A stretch of DNA of 31,623 nucleotides. It comes from a virus. Of the stretch, positions 1 through 8,871 are shown one piece after another. The position numbers were made by a program, and so were the translations under genes. The notes beneath the pieces are model-generated. The model was given only the letters and a program-made list of their open reading frames with translations. It was not told the origin of the DNA and did no database searches. Where the stretch lies: the UHGV virus genome UHGV-0098804; one strand, given 5' to 3'. Each line of letters opens with the position of its first letter. Position 1 is the first letter of the stretch.

Positions 1-150
1 CAGATGAAAAGCCCGCCATAGCCTGGCTGATTGCTAGAGCCTGCTCCTGCTGTGGGGTTTTCGGTGCTGGCGCTGCAGATGAAAAGCCCGCCATAGCCTG
101 GCTGATTGCTAGAGCCTGCTCCTGCTGTGGAGTTTTCGGAGTAGAAGGGG
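1..150 (-). repeat. In-frame 75-bp tandem direct repeat (2 copies, about 55 bp identical) inside the tape-measure-like ORF
   Basis: Positions 1-55 and 76-130 are identical (cagatgaaaagcccgccatagcctggctgattgctagagcctgctcctgctgtgg). Period 75 bp = 25 codons, encoding the repeated peptide PKTPQQEQALAISQAMAGFSS on the minus strand. Confidence 0.85.
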
Positions 151-3100
151 ATACTTGATCTCCCGGAAGTAGATCAATGATTTCTGTATCGTGATTAACA
201 GTGCGTTTTTGTTGTATGGCTGTTGCGATATCAGCCACTTGAGAAGCTTTTTTAAATCCAAAAGATTTACCGGTTAAGCCGGATATCTTTTCAGTAAGAG
301 CCTGATCCATTCCTTTCGCTTTTTCGGAAAGCGAAGATATAGAACCAAACGAAGTAGCCAACGCAAAATCCTTTACCAGGTCCAGACTTGTTCCAGCAAG
401 GCTGGTAGCCGCGCCGCCAAATAAATTACTTGCACCACTGATTCCGCTTTCATTTATTGCGATTAACCGCTCAAGCAAACTCGATGGAGAGCCGGTATTA
501 ACATCAGCGTTCTCTGGATTAATCGGTTGTGGTTGGTTACCTGTTTTTTGTGGCTTTTTGACTGCCTGGGCATGTTGTGCAACCTCAATTGGCTGTTGTG
601 TTGCTGTCGGAACGGCATTCAAAACTGGTTGAGCTGGAGATTTTCCATTAGCATATTTTACCTTGCGACCAACACTATATTGCGAATCGCGGGCAATTAG
701 CTGACCACCATTTTCTTTCTGAATTTTATTAATCCGCGCCAATGTTTCGTCAGAGAATTGTCCCTCCCATCGACCAGTGTTTGTGTTAAATGCTCCAAGT
801 GCGTTCTTAATGAACTCATTATTAACTGCCGGATTTCCGCCTTCTTTCGTCGCAATTGCACGAACTAATTGCGTCATAACCTCTGGTTTGCTGACATCTA
901 TTTTTTCATTAGGCGATACACCAAGATATTTACTGACGTTATCAATATATTGGTTAGTATTGTTCTCATTTGGCGGTGCCCATTTTGAAATGATGCTGGA
1001 TACCGTCTGTAACTTCTGATATCCCGCTGCGGCACTGGTGCCGTTGTAATAGCTGGAAACCTGGTTTGCCAGTGCCCTGATCCCTTCTTCAGGTGTGTTA
1101 AATCGCGCAAAACGTTGTTCACCTTTTGCATTTGGCGATTCCAGCGTCGCCCCTTCCTGGTTGGCAAAAACAAGATTGCCGAGATTATTATTTCGGTAAT
1201 TGCGGTTTTTAGCGTTGCTGCCGCCAATATTCAGATCCGCTGCAATGGTGTTGTTGGCAGGTGAACTAAATTCAGTTGGAGAAGTATACCCGTGCTCACC
1301 AACTCCATCCTCGCCATTACGCCCACCTTGTAATTGTTCACCTAGAGAATGAATCGCATCGACAGTTTTTTGGGTGCCGTCTTCAACAGCTTTTTTTACT
1401 TGTTTCGTGTTTTCGTCAGTGGATAAAAATGTATCCTTAAGGCTACCAAAAACAGATTTGGTGACATCTACCGCGCCGTTAACACCACGAGCAATATCTC
1501 CGGTATCAAAATTCTGAAGTTTTTCACCTGCTCTTTCAAATCCTAGCGCAGAAATTCCTTTCCCTATCAAGTTCGTTGCGCCCGACACCAAGCCCCCCAT
1601 ATCGAGCACATTAGCTGTTGCGTAAGCCGTTTTTTGCTGTTCGGATACAGCATCATCGTCACTTAATCCAAAGGCTGCCTTTTGCGCATCTGTATCAGTG
1701 TAACCATCTATAGCGTCATATCCCGCCATAGCCAGCGATCCGATGATAGGGATAGCTCTTGCAGCTGTAGAAGCAGCTGATTTAACACCTATTTTTGCAG
1801 CACTTTTGAGGGCTACGGATTCGGTTTTTTTCTTTGCAACAGTTTCACCTGTTTTAACTGTGGCCTCTTCGGCAACAACACCTGCTGGCTTAACTGCCTT
1901 TGCTGTGTTTTTTGTTTCTTTAGCAATACCCTTAGATGCGTCGCTTGTGGTGCTGATGTCTTTGGCTTTACTAACCTTTGTTTTAACAGTCTTTGCAGCT
2001 CCGGCACCAGCTCCAGCAGCAGCGGTTCCGGCAGCGGCTTTTTCACCAACAGAAAGGGCTTTTTTCCCCAGATTGCGACCTTTCCTTTTCGGTTTGTTCC
2101 GTTTATTTTTACCAGCCTGATCGCCAATATTGATTTTATTTCTTCTGCTTGCTCGATTTCTCCAGAGATCACTTAAGCCGAACTTATTCCCAGAAGATAC
2201 TGATTTGCGTAGCTTAACTACTTCGTCGGAGACATTTTCCAGACCATCAATTATTTTGTTGTCATTGGTCTGAAGAATTTTTGTTTGCTCTTCTACTGCT
2301 TGTGCTGATTTTGTCTCAACAGCATTATTAAATGCTGTTGCAGAGGTTGCTTTTTGAGTATTAACCACCGCCGGATAAGTGATAGCTGGAGATGTCGCTT
2401 TCGAAGGTGAAGCCTCACCTTTCCCCTTTTCTACCCATTCTTTAAGAGATTCTGCTTTACCTGTGATCTCTTTAGTAATGTCGTACATGCCGCGAGCAGC
2501 CATCCACAACGGACCACCAGCGCCAACACCTGCGGCATCTGTTAAAGACTCTTCACTGGAAGACTGATTGCCATCTACCCCTATAATGGAGCCTAATTTC
2601 CGGAGGAAGCCTTCTTGTAGTTTGGCGTCGGCCTTATGTGCTTTCTGCCATTCTTTTTTTCTGGCTATATCTTCGTTGTTTTTCTGGGATACAAAGCGTC
2701 CGTTACTATCCCGAAGCGGTCCTTTTTGGCTTTGGGGGGATTGTGGTTCAAGAGGAGCAGAATTAGCGGCTACTGGCACAGAACCTTTCAACTTTTGGGC
2801 TGACTGGCGTGATGACGCAAAATGAACGCGCTCTGATGTGTTGGTTGCAACAATGAGACGTTCTTCTCCGTTGTTGATCTGCGTCCTCCCTTTTTTCATC
2901 GGAAGGCGTTTTATATATGGGTTAGCTTGGGTGTTCTTGGCATCATCAGAGACATAGGGTTCGCTTGCTATGAGTCTACGGGATAGTCTTTGACTTACTT
3001 TACCTTGATTTTCACCAAGTTGAGTTATAGACCCTCTACCAGAGAGAATGGCGTCTTTGATCTCAGCAAGAGCGTTAAGTTCGTTTGTGCTCGCCCCCTG

Positions 3101-3235
3101 AATAGCGTCAATTATTGCGATACGGTCTTTATTCTCTTTCAAAATAACCTCTCTTTTGCCAGCGGCGATCAACGTTTCCCGGCTTGAGCTTTGTATTTTT
3201 CTTCCAGGGCTTTTGACATATGGAGTGCTCGCCAT
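1..3235 (-). CDS. Large virion protein, tail tape-measure-like; ATG at 3235, 3' end lies beyond window start (partial, >1077 aa)
   Basis: Hand translation of the minus strand from ATG 3235 runs without stop to position 1. The ORF track lists no >=60-aa minus ORF starting here, consistent with an ORF lacking an in-window stop. Gly/Ala/Lys-rich low-complexity stretches, an in-frame 25-aa tandem repeat and position next to tail genes suggest tape-measure or injection protein. An internal block (FARFNTPEEGIRALANQVSSYYNG...) looks like a conserved domain I cannot name. No strong SD before 3235. Confidence 0.55.
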   Translation of the reverse strand, partial: MASTPYVKSPGRKIQSSSRETLIAAGKREVILKENKDRIAIIDAIQGASTNELNALAEIKDAILSGRGSITQLGENQGKVSQRLSRRLIASEPYVSDDAKNTQANPYIKRLPMKKGRTQINNGEERLIVATNTSERVHFASSRQSAQKLKGSVPVAANSAPLEPQSPQSQKGPLRDSNGRFVSQKNNEDIARKKEWQKAHKADAKLQEGFLRKLGSIIGVDGNQSSSEESLTDAAGVGAGGPLWMAARGMYDITKEITGKAESLKEWVEKGKGEASPSKATSPAITYPAVVNTQKATSATAFNNAVETKSAQAVEEQTKILQTNDNKIIDGLENVSDEVVKLRKSVSSGNKFGLSDLWRNRASRRNKINIGDQAGKNKRNKPKRKGRNLGKKALSVGEKAAAGTAAAGAGAGAAKTVKTKVSKAKDISTTSDASKGIAKETKNTAKAVKPAGVVAEEATVKTGETVAKKKTESVALKSAAKIGVKSAASTAARAIPIIGSLAMAGYDAIDGYTDTDAQKAAFGLSDDDAVSEQQKTAYATANVLDMGGLVSGATNLIGKGISALGFERAGEKLQNFDTGDIARGVNGAVDVTKSVFGSLKDTFLSTDENTKQVKKAVEDGTQKTVDAIHSLGEQLQGGRNGEDGVGEHGYTSPTEFSSPANNTIAADLNIGGSNAKNRNYRNNNLGNLVFANQEGATLESPNAKGEQRFARFNTPEEGIRALANQVSSYYNGTSAAAGYQKLQTVSSIISKWAPPNENNTNQYIDNVSKYLGVSPNEKIDVSKPEVMTQLVRAIATKEGGNPAVNNEFIKNALGAFNTNTGRWEGQFSDETLARINKIQKENGGQLIARDSQYSVGRKVKYANGKSPAQPVLNAVPTATQQPIEVAQHAQAVKKPQKTGNQPQPINPENADVNTGSPSSLLERLIAINESGISGASNLFGGAATSLAGTSLDLVKDFALATSFGSISSLSEKAKGMDQALTEKISGLTGKSFGFKKASQVADIATAIQQKRTVNHDTEIIDLLPGDQVSPSTPKTPQQEQALAISQAMAGFSSAAPAPKTPQQEQALAISQAMAGFSS

Positions 3236-3289
3236 TGTGGCAATTGTTCAACGTCACTAACGGGCTGATATCCATACAGAGTCAGGTTG

Positions 3290-4111
3290 TTAATAATGGT
3301 TAGCCATCCATTCAGATCTAATTGATGGGATAAACTCTCTATTGAGAAAGGGGACGTACAGTGTGGTTGTCACATCTGCACCCTCCTTAGCGTTTTTGCA
3401 ATGTTGCGGAGGCAGGATCAGTCGGCTTGAGCCTCTCTCAATAGACATTTTCAGGCCGTGGCGTAGGTCTTTTTGCATAAGCTGTATGCGAGCCACAAGC
3501 GGGGTAAATTCGGTTTCAAGCGCCATGCTTTCAATGATGTCAAAGCGTCGGTTAGCGGCCTGCGTGAAGTCCTCCGGATCGTCTTCAAGCGCCGTGCATA
3601 AAGCGAGTTCAGCAATTCGCATCCGTGCTACGCCAGCACTGTATTCGGGAGTTTTCATATCAGGAAGTGACGCTCGCATTCGTTCAAGGAGTTCCGCGCC
3701 TTTCCCGGTTAATGGTTTAAGTATCCAGTCAGTTGGTACTCCATTTACTGGTACGTTGGTTTTCACGTAAGGAGGTACAGTGAGTATTTCTACTGTTTGG
3801 GCCAGGTCGCTCAGGTTAATATCTGCATGATGCGTATTACCGCAGTGACTGCACTCATAGGAGTAGGTCATTACTGCATCGGGGCGCGAATTAACAAATA
3901 TCCACCAAAGAGCAGTTCTGCGGTCCTGAACTGTCCAGTTAGCACTGTCGTTAATTTCACCATCCTGCATAGAGTTAAGGTACTCTGTAGTCGTTGCCTC
4001 ATCTTCTGCCGGGTTCAGGTCAGAATATTTCAGCGCATCCTTCACGGTAGGGGCGTGGAACTGAATTTCTGTCTCAGGACGGGAAGGCAATGGGAATTTT
4101 GGAATGTTCAA
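3290..4111 (-). CDS. Hypothetical phage protein (273 aa), TTG start
   Basis: Track ORF; GGAGG lies 7 nt upstream of the TTG at 4111; sits between the structural block and the tape-measure-like gene. No family recognised. Confidence 0.55.
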   Translation of the reverse strand: MNIPKFPLPSRPETEIQFHAPTVKDALKYSDLNPAEDEATTTEYLNSMQDGEINDSANWTVQDRRTALWWIFVNSRPDAVMTYSYECSHCGNTHHADINLSDLAQTVEILTVPPYVKTNVPVNGVPTDWILKPLTGKGAELLERMRASLPDMKTPEYSAGVARMRIAELALCTALEDDPEDFTQAANRRFDIIESMALETEFTPLVARIQLMQKDLRHGLKMSIERGSSRLILPPQHCKNAKEGADVTTTLYVPFLNREFIPSIRSEWMANHY

Positions 4112-4219
4112 TTATTCCTCCGAAAAGCAGGTATCTGTTCATTTTCCAGAGGATAGGGAGTGTGTGATTTGCGATGGGGATTGAATGAAGATCTTTGCCG
4201 GTCGAGAAGCGATTATTGA

Positions 4220-4262
4220 GGGTGATTTTTACACCTTAAGTGACGCTACTCACATATCCACA
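4220..4262. promoter_or_regulatory. Origin-proximal elements: inverted iteron-like copy (4220-4237) and DnaA-box-like ATATCCACA (4254-4262)
   Basis: agggtgatttttacacc is the reverse-complement form of the downstream iteron consensus; ATATCCACA matches the TTATCCACA DnaA box at 8 of 9 positions. Confidence 0.35.
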
Positions 4263-4356
4263 GAGTATTTTTATAAACCTTTTTCCATTTTTAATCCTTT
4301 TTAGATCCTTTTTAGGCGTCGCTGGAGCCAGTAGTGGCGCGGGCTGTAGAGGAGGC

Positions 4357-4476
4357 TGGTGTAAGATTTGCCCTCAATTAAATACGATCGGTGTAAGATT
4401 TGCCCTCAGAAGGTGTAAGATTTGCCCTCAAAAGGTGTAGTAATTGCCCTCAAAGTGGTGTAAAAATTGCCCTCAC
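4357..4476 (+). repeat. Five direct iterons (19-20 bp, consensus GGTGTAAGATTTGCCCTCA) upstream of and overlapping the repA start region
   Basis: Copies at 4357-4376, 4389-4408, 4411-4430, 4433-4452, 4457-4476 with about 22-bp spacing. Ends in ATTGCCCTCA like F/RepFIB-type iterons as I recall them. Confidence 0.85.
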
Positions 4477-4499
4477 CATTTGAAGGATCACACAGGGTT

Positions 4500-5255
4500 A
4501 TGAACAGAGCGGAATTAACAGCAAAAGCCGTCAGCCTGATTGAGTCAGCGACACCTATTAGTCGTAGTCTGGCACAAGCCAATGAGATCACGGAGGCTGC
4601 TTATCACCTGACTCGCGACCAAAAGCGACTGTTGTTTATTGTGGTGGGAAGACTTCGCTATGCTTCTAAGGATGGCGTTCTTGGTTCAGGTGCCTGTGAG
4701 TTGACGGTCAACGAATATGCAGAGATGTATAATTTGCCCTCTGCTGAAGCCAGCAAGGATATTCGTAAGGCCATTTCAGGGCTTAGCGAGAAGAAAGTTA
4801 CGATATATAACCCTGATGAATCGACCGAATCAGAAGACAGTTATGAGTCTTATCCCTGGATGATTAAGGATGCCTATTCACCACGGCGCGGGACTTACAT
4901 TATTCATCTTAATCCATATCTCATGCCGTTTTTTACTCTGCTTGATAAGAGATTCACAAGGCTGAATTTTACCGAAGTATCTCGCCTTACAAATCCTTAT
5001 TCTATGCGGCTTTATGAGTCCTTATGCCAGTACAGGAAGGATGATGGAAGCGGCTTTGCCATACTTGGCGTCGAATGGATGCGGGAGCGTTATGGGTTAC
5101 CAAAAAGCTATCAGCGGTATGCCGAATTTAAGAGAAGTTTTTTAACGAAGGCTGTAGCAGAGATTGAAAAAAATACAAAAATGAAAATAGTCTTCTCAGA
5201 GGTGACGGAAGGCGGCAAAGTTACCAGGATAAAATTTACCTATCAGCAGTCTTAA
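4500..5255 (+). CDS. repA: Iteron-binding replication initiator RepA (Rep_3-like), about 251 aa
   Basis: Track ORF 4467..5255; preferred start is the ATG at 4500 (MNRAELTAK...) because the first 11 codons fall inside the last iteron. N-terminal LIESA...LTRDQKRLLFIVVGRL resembles the Rep_3 initiator motif (recalled, not searched). Flanked by iterons on both sides. Confidence 0.8.
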   Translation: MNRAELTAKAVSLIESATPISRSLAQANEITEAAYHLTRDQKRLLFIVVGRLRYASKDGVLGSGACELTVNEYAEMYNLPSAEASKDIRKAISGLSEKKVTIYNPDESTESEDSYESYPWMIKDAYSPRRGTYIIHLNPYLMPFFTLLDKRFTRLNFTEVSRLTNPYSMRLYESLCQYRKDDGSGFAILGVEWMRERYGLPKSYQRYAEFKRSFLTKAVAEIEKNTKMKIVFSEVTEGGKVTRIKFTYQQS

Positions 5256-5546
5256 GGGCAATTTTTACACCCCTCTCAAGGTGTAGAATTTGCCCTTAAC
5301 GATCGGCAATTGAGGGCAATTTTTACATCTTGATTGCATGTATCTCGTTATTAGCAAGTTGTGTTTTTATATAACGTATTGATATGTAAGGATTATGTAA
5401 AAATCGCCCTCAACCAATATCGTGCGTATCGTGCATTCTTATTGCGCTTTTTTATTATCATTCACTGTGTTAACTGATTGATATTATTGAAATATGTAAA
5501 GAATGCCTTCATTGCTGATGGATTGATGATGTAAAAAATGCCCTCA
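5255..5546. repeat. Second iteron cluster downstream of repA (mixed orientation, partly degenerate) with an AT-rich stretch: candidate incompatibility/copy-control locus
   Basis: Iteron-like copies at about 5255-5272 (inverted), 5279-5298 (direct), 5312-5330 (inverted), 5393-5413, 5491-5510, 5528-5546 (degenerate direct); AT-rich 5340-5480. Confidence 0.6.
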
Positions 5547-5636
5547 ACATTGCGCTACCTTCCCTACCCGCTATCGTTGAGGTCGTGGGTGCTGACGGGA
5601 AATGAGCAACCCTCCAGCACACATAATTAAAGCTAT

Positions 5637-6344
5637 TCAGAATTTGATCACTCCACTCACAGCCCCCTTTAACGCGCTTGTAGCCATGCCAGCGGCACCG
5701 TTGACCAAAGCAGAAACACCTGAGCCTGCGGATGTGTATTTCTGGAAAGTGATTGGATATGACAAGAACTCTGACACCTGGTCTCGTGAGCGGGTGATTT
5801 CCCCAAGTTGAGTGGGGAATACGCGCATTTCCTCTTCCAGTTCTTTTCCGCCGTCCTGAGTTACCCGGTAGAGACGGATTTTCATCAGATATTCAGGAGG
5901 AAGGTTTATTGTTCCGTCCGGATTTGTTACGCGAGAACGACGTTCTTTGAACCAGTCCATGATCTTGCCATCTTCGGTATCCCTCACGGTCATAGTGACC
6001 GGTCCGACGCTAACATAGGTTGGCTTGCTGAATTCTACGCTGCCGATCACCTTGCTTTCTGTCTCGATGTTTCCACTGCTGTACGTGATATCCTTCACGA
6101 ACATATCGAAGCCGTTCAGGCCATCCACTTCAACTGTCCATTGCCATCCCTGGGCATAACGGATACGCATAGCGGCAGCAACAATATTTTTCCCGTAGGC
6201 AATATCGCTACTGTAATTCCCGCTTACCCCGCCGCCTGATATGGCTTTATCAAGAATGTCGCTAATGAGGTTGCTGGTGAATGATTTCGTGTTAAATGAC
6301 AATGCGGTGGTCAACGTTCTACCAACGCTGCTGAAAATACTCAC
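5637..6344 (-). CDS. Hypothetical phage structural protein (235 aa), GTG start
   Basis: Track ORF; GGAGG 7 nt upstream of the GTG at 6344; closely packed in the minus-strand structural operon. Confidence 0.5.
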   Translation of the reverse strand: MSIFSSVGRTLTTALSFNTKSFTSNLISDILDKAISGGGVSGNYSSDIAYGKNIVAAAMRIRYAQGWQWTVEVDGLNGFDMFVKDITYSSGNIETESKVIGSVEFSKPTYVSVGPVTMTVRDTEDGKIMDWFKERRSRVTNPDGTINLPPEYLMKIRLYRVTQDGGKELEEEMRVFPTQLGEITRSRDQVSEFLSYPITFQKYTSAGSGVSALVNGAAGMATSALKGAVSGVIKF

Positions 6345-6359
6345 TCTGCGCCTCCAGCG

Positions 6360-6920
6360 TTAAAAAATGGTAGCCCCCGGAATGATTGCCCGGTTTGAAG
6401 ACATTTTTTCCTCAATCTCCTGCACGCGGGCATATAGCGTTGCTTCATCGGGTAGATCGGAGTAGTCAAATTTTCCGTCGATGGACGCTCGCCGCTGCCG
6501 GGCGACATTTCTGACATTGATAAGCGCCTCCAGATACTCCTCCAGCATCCCAATGATCGCTGGCGGCACTTGCCATTCATCCAGCTTTCTGTCGCGTAGA
6601 TTAACCAGATACAGCATCCGAAAAGGCCAGCGTTCTGCACCTGTTAGCTCTAATTCAATAAAGCCGGATAATTCATCCGAATAGACCAGCAGGCCATTGT
6701 TGTCGGTAACATGGACCAGAGAGAGATAATCTTCTGGCAATGGGATTGCCGTGCCACCCTCTTTTTCAAGTTTTAATGTTTTCACTACCCCTGCCCTGTC
6801 CTGATACGTTGTCAGTGCTTTGATCAGGAAGGCTTTCAGCGTTTCTTCTTCACGCACAAGCAGTGGATTAAATCGTGCTTTAACGCTTTCTAATAATTCG
6901 GTTGGTGTCATCGTACCCAC
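6360..6920 (-). CDS. Hypothetical phage structural/assembly protein (186 aa)
   Basis: Track ORF; co-oriented and closely spaced with neighbours; start GTG 6920 or ATG 6911. Confidence 0.45.
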   Translation of the reverse strand: MGTMTPTELLESVKARFNPLLVREEETLKAFLIKALTTYQDRAGVVKTLKLEKEGGTAIPLPEDYLSLVHVTDNNGLLVYSDELSGFIELELTGAERWPFRMLYLVNLRDRKLDEWQVPPAIIGMLEEYLEALINVRNVARQRRASIDGKFDYSDLPDEATLYARVQEIEEKMSSNRAIIPGATIF

Positions 6921-6964
6921 AACTCAAATGCAAGGAGTTCCCGCCACAAGGGCGGGAGCGGGGA

Positions 6965-7456
6965 TTATTCTGCCCAGTTGTAAACAATGCGCAGGGAAGG
7001 CTTAACGACTGCCGTTACGTCTTCGGAGGAGAAGTCCACGGCGTCGGAATACACTTTGCAGTGAGAATATGTGCGGATCAGACCTTTATGGTTACCGCTA
7101 TTGGATTCAGCCGCTGCCTGTAAGGTAATTTCCAGATATTCTTTGCCGTATACCATTTGTTTTACAGCGGCGAGAACTGCGCCCTCGATAGTTTCCGCAC
7201 ATGTGACCTGAAATTCACCAGAGTTGCGTAATGGTCCGTGCTGGTTGAATTTCATGCCACCAGGAGCGTAATCTTCCACATCTTCGCGTGTCATTTCTGG
7301 TAACTGAGCAGTACGAACCAGTACAGACAGATGCTCATAACCTTTAATGGTCATCCAATATTCAGAGCCAATAAGTTTTTCGCCCGCAGCCAGGTTTTTA
7401 TTAAACCGGGATTTCAGAAAGGCCATATCGGCTTTTGTATTTGCAAAACCGGACAT
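6965..7456 (-). CDS. Candidate tail tube protein (163 aa)
   Basis: Track ORF; AGGAG SD before the ATG. Size and C-terminal ...IVYNWAE are reminiscent of T4 gp19-type tube proteins (weak, from memory); followed by an intercistronic hairpin at 6939-6957. Confidence 0.4.
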   Translation of the reverse strand: MSGFANTKADMAFLKSRFNKNLAAGEKLIGSEYWMTIKGYEHLSVLVRTAQLPEMTREDVEDYAPGGMKFNQHGPLRNSGEFQVTCAETIEGAVLAAVKQMVYGKEYLEITLQAAAESNSGNHKGLIRTYSHCKVYSDAVDFSSEDVTAVVKPSLRIVYNWAE

Positions 7457-7464
7457 AAATACTC

Positions 7465-8055
7465 CTACACAAAAACAGATGAGATATTGCTACGGTTAAT
7501 AGAGGTGTTTCCGCTGCATTGCAGGGTTACCGTGTTATGAGTGAAATAGCCTTCCGGTGTGCGCGGAGCGTCCAGTTGGTAACTCACGCTTTTGATAACG
7601 ACGTCGGTAAGGGCTATGTTTCTACCTATGTTTAACGTTACCGTCTCCGGGCGGCGACCGAATGGCGCTACATTGTTCAGTTCCGGCGATTCCATCTTCA
7701 GTAATGCTGTAATGGCTGCGTTCACTTCAAGTTGCGCGTTTACTGTCGCCATGAAGTCAATAACCAGATTAAATTCAGGCGGTTGCTGACCTTCCCAAAC
7801 AAGCATTGAGTTAAAGAGGGTCTTTGTTGTTACGCCGGTTGCGGTCTGAAGTGTATCAGCGAGAGAGCCAGCCGCTGCGCTAATACCGCCAAGCAAGCCC
7901 CCGACTGACTGGTTTTCAAATGGTGATTGCCACATTGAAGACAGTTCTGCGGTAGATCCTTCACCGATATAACCGACGACCATATCCTCAGGGGAGAGGA
8001 TATAAACCTTCATCAATGGACTTATTCCATCAGGCATTATCGCGCCGCAAATCAA
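7465..8055 (-). CDS. Hypothetical tail protein (196 aa), TTG start
   Basis: Track ORF; GGGAGG 8 nt upstream of the TTG at 8055. Confidence 0.45.
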   Translation of the reverse strand: MICGAIMPDGISPLMKVYILSPEDMVVGYIGEGSTAELSSMWQSPFENQSVGGLLGGISAAAGSLADTLQTATGVTTKTLFNSMLVWEGQQPPEFNLVIDFMATVNAQLEVNAAITALLKMESPELNNVAPFGRRPETVTLNIGRNIALTDVVIKSVSYQLDAPRTPEGYFTHNTVTLQCSGNTSINRSNISSVFV

Positions 8056-8104
8056 ACGCTATTCCTCCCAGATAGAGGCCACCTTTGCAGGTGGCCTGTG
8101 TCAC

Positions 8105-8836
8105 TTACAAACCGCGTTTTTTGCGAATGCGCATTGATTTTTTGCGGTTGATATTTGCTACGGATGTATGCGCTTTGCGGCGTGCTTTTTTCAGCGCCTG
8201 TTTTTGCAATGATGTCATGCGGCGAGGGCGCGGGCGCTTACGGATAATGGTAACCTTGCCATCACGGACCACTTTTTTACGTACCGCTTCCAGCATTGCG
8301 CTGTCACCACCAGCAACGGTGTAAATGGCAATAGCCGCTTCCATCATGTCGGCGTCGCTTTCGGAAAGCGCGTCATATACACGTTCGGCAGCAGAGTCAT
8401 CTTCATCGTCGATCATCTCGGTCACGTCGTCCTGGTCTGCGCCAAGCGCAACAGCAGCATCTGCAAGGGCTGCAAGAGCATCGTTATAAGCATCGACTTG
8501 TTCATCGGTAAAATCGGTGTCTTCATCGATATCAGCCAGGCCAGCCATAGTGATTGCTAACGCATCAAATGAGTCAGCTTCCGGATCGCCATCTTCAATC
8601 CAGCCTGCAAGCATGGAAGCCGCCAGGCTGCGCATATCTCCTTGTGCGCGAGACTCAACCGCTTCCATCATCGCGGTTTCAATATCTTCTTTTGGCTTTG
8701 TTTGAGTTTTCTGTTCGGCGCTTTCCAGCATGGCTTTATCATCATTTTCCGGCGTAGATTTATCACCGCTTTCAAAGCAGCCAGAACCAAAAATCGCACG
8801 CATAAAAGGATCAGCAGTATAATTTTTCATTTTCAA
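8105..8836 (-). CDS. Acidic protein with strongly basic C-terminal tail (243 aa): scaffold-like or DNA-binding virion protein
   Basis: Track ORF; Asp/Glu-rich body (DDEDDSAAE...) and Lys/Arg-rich C-terminus (RKRPRPRR...RKKRGL); purine-rich SD upstream. Confidence 0.45.
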   Translation of the reverse strand: MKMKNYTADPFMRAIFGSGCFESGDKSTPENDDKAMLESAEQKTQTKPKEDIETAMMEAVESRAQGDMRSLAASMLAGWIEDGDPEADSFDALAITMAGLADIDEDTDFTDEQVDAYNDALAALADAAVALGADQDDVTEMIDDEDDSAAERVYDALSESDADMMEAAIAIYTVAGGDSAMLEAVRKKVVRDGKVTIIRKRPRPRRMTSLQKQALKKARRKAHTSVANINRKKSMRIRKKRGL

Positions 8837-8871
8837 ACCTCTCTCCCCCGCATTTCTGCGGGGGTAATAAA

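Noticed and set aside
1743-2172. Track ORFs 1743..2120 (+) and 1813..2172 (-) inside the first 3.2 kb
   Set aside because: Both are low-complexity alternate-frame or antisense readings of the Ala/Lys/Gly-rich region of the long minus-strand ORF that runs from 3235 off the window edge.
898-3187. Other small track ORFs within 1-3235 (777..1019, 898..1227, 2379..2567, 2568..2825, 2990..3187)
   Set aside because: All are nested in or antisense to the continuous tape-measure-like reading frame; none has a convincing SD.
3342-4156. Plus-strand ORFs 3342..3770 and 3797..4156
   Set aside because: Antisense shadows of the minus-strand gene 3290..4111, which has a GGAGG SD and fits the operon.
4357-5546. 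Short direct repeats that could superficially suggest a CRISPR array
   Set aside because: Repeats are 19-20 bp with only 2-12 bp between them, are partly degenerate and of mixed orientation, and flank a Rep_3-like initiator gene; this is the iteron pattern of a plasmid origin, not a CRISPR array.
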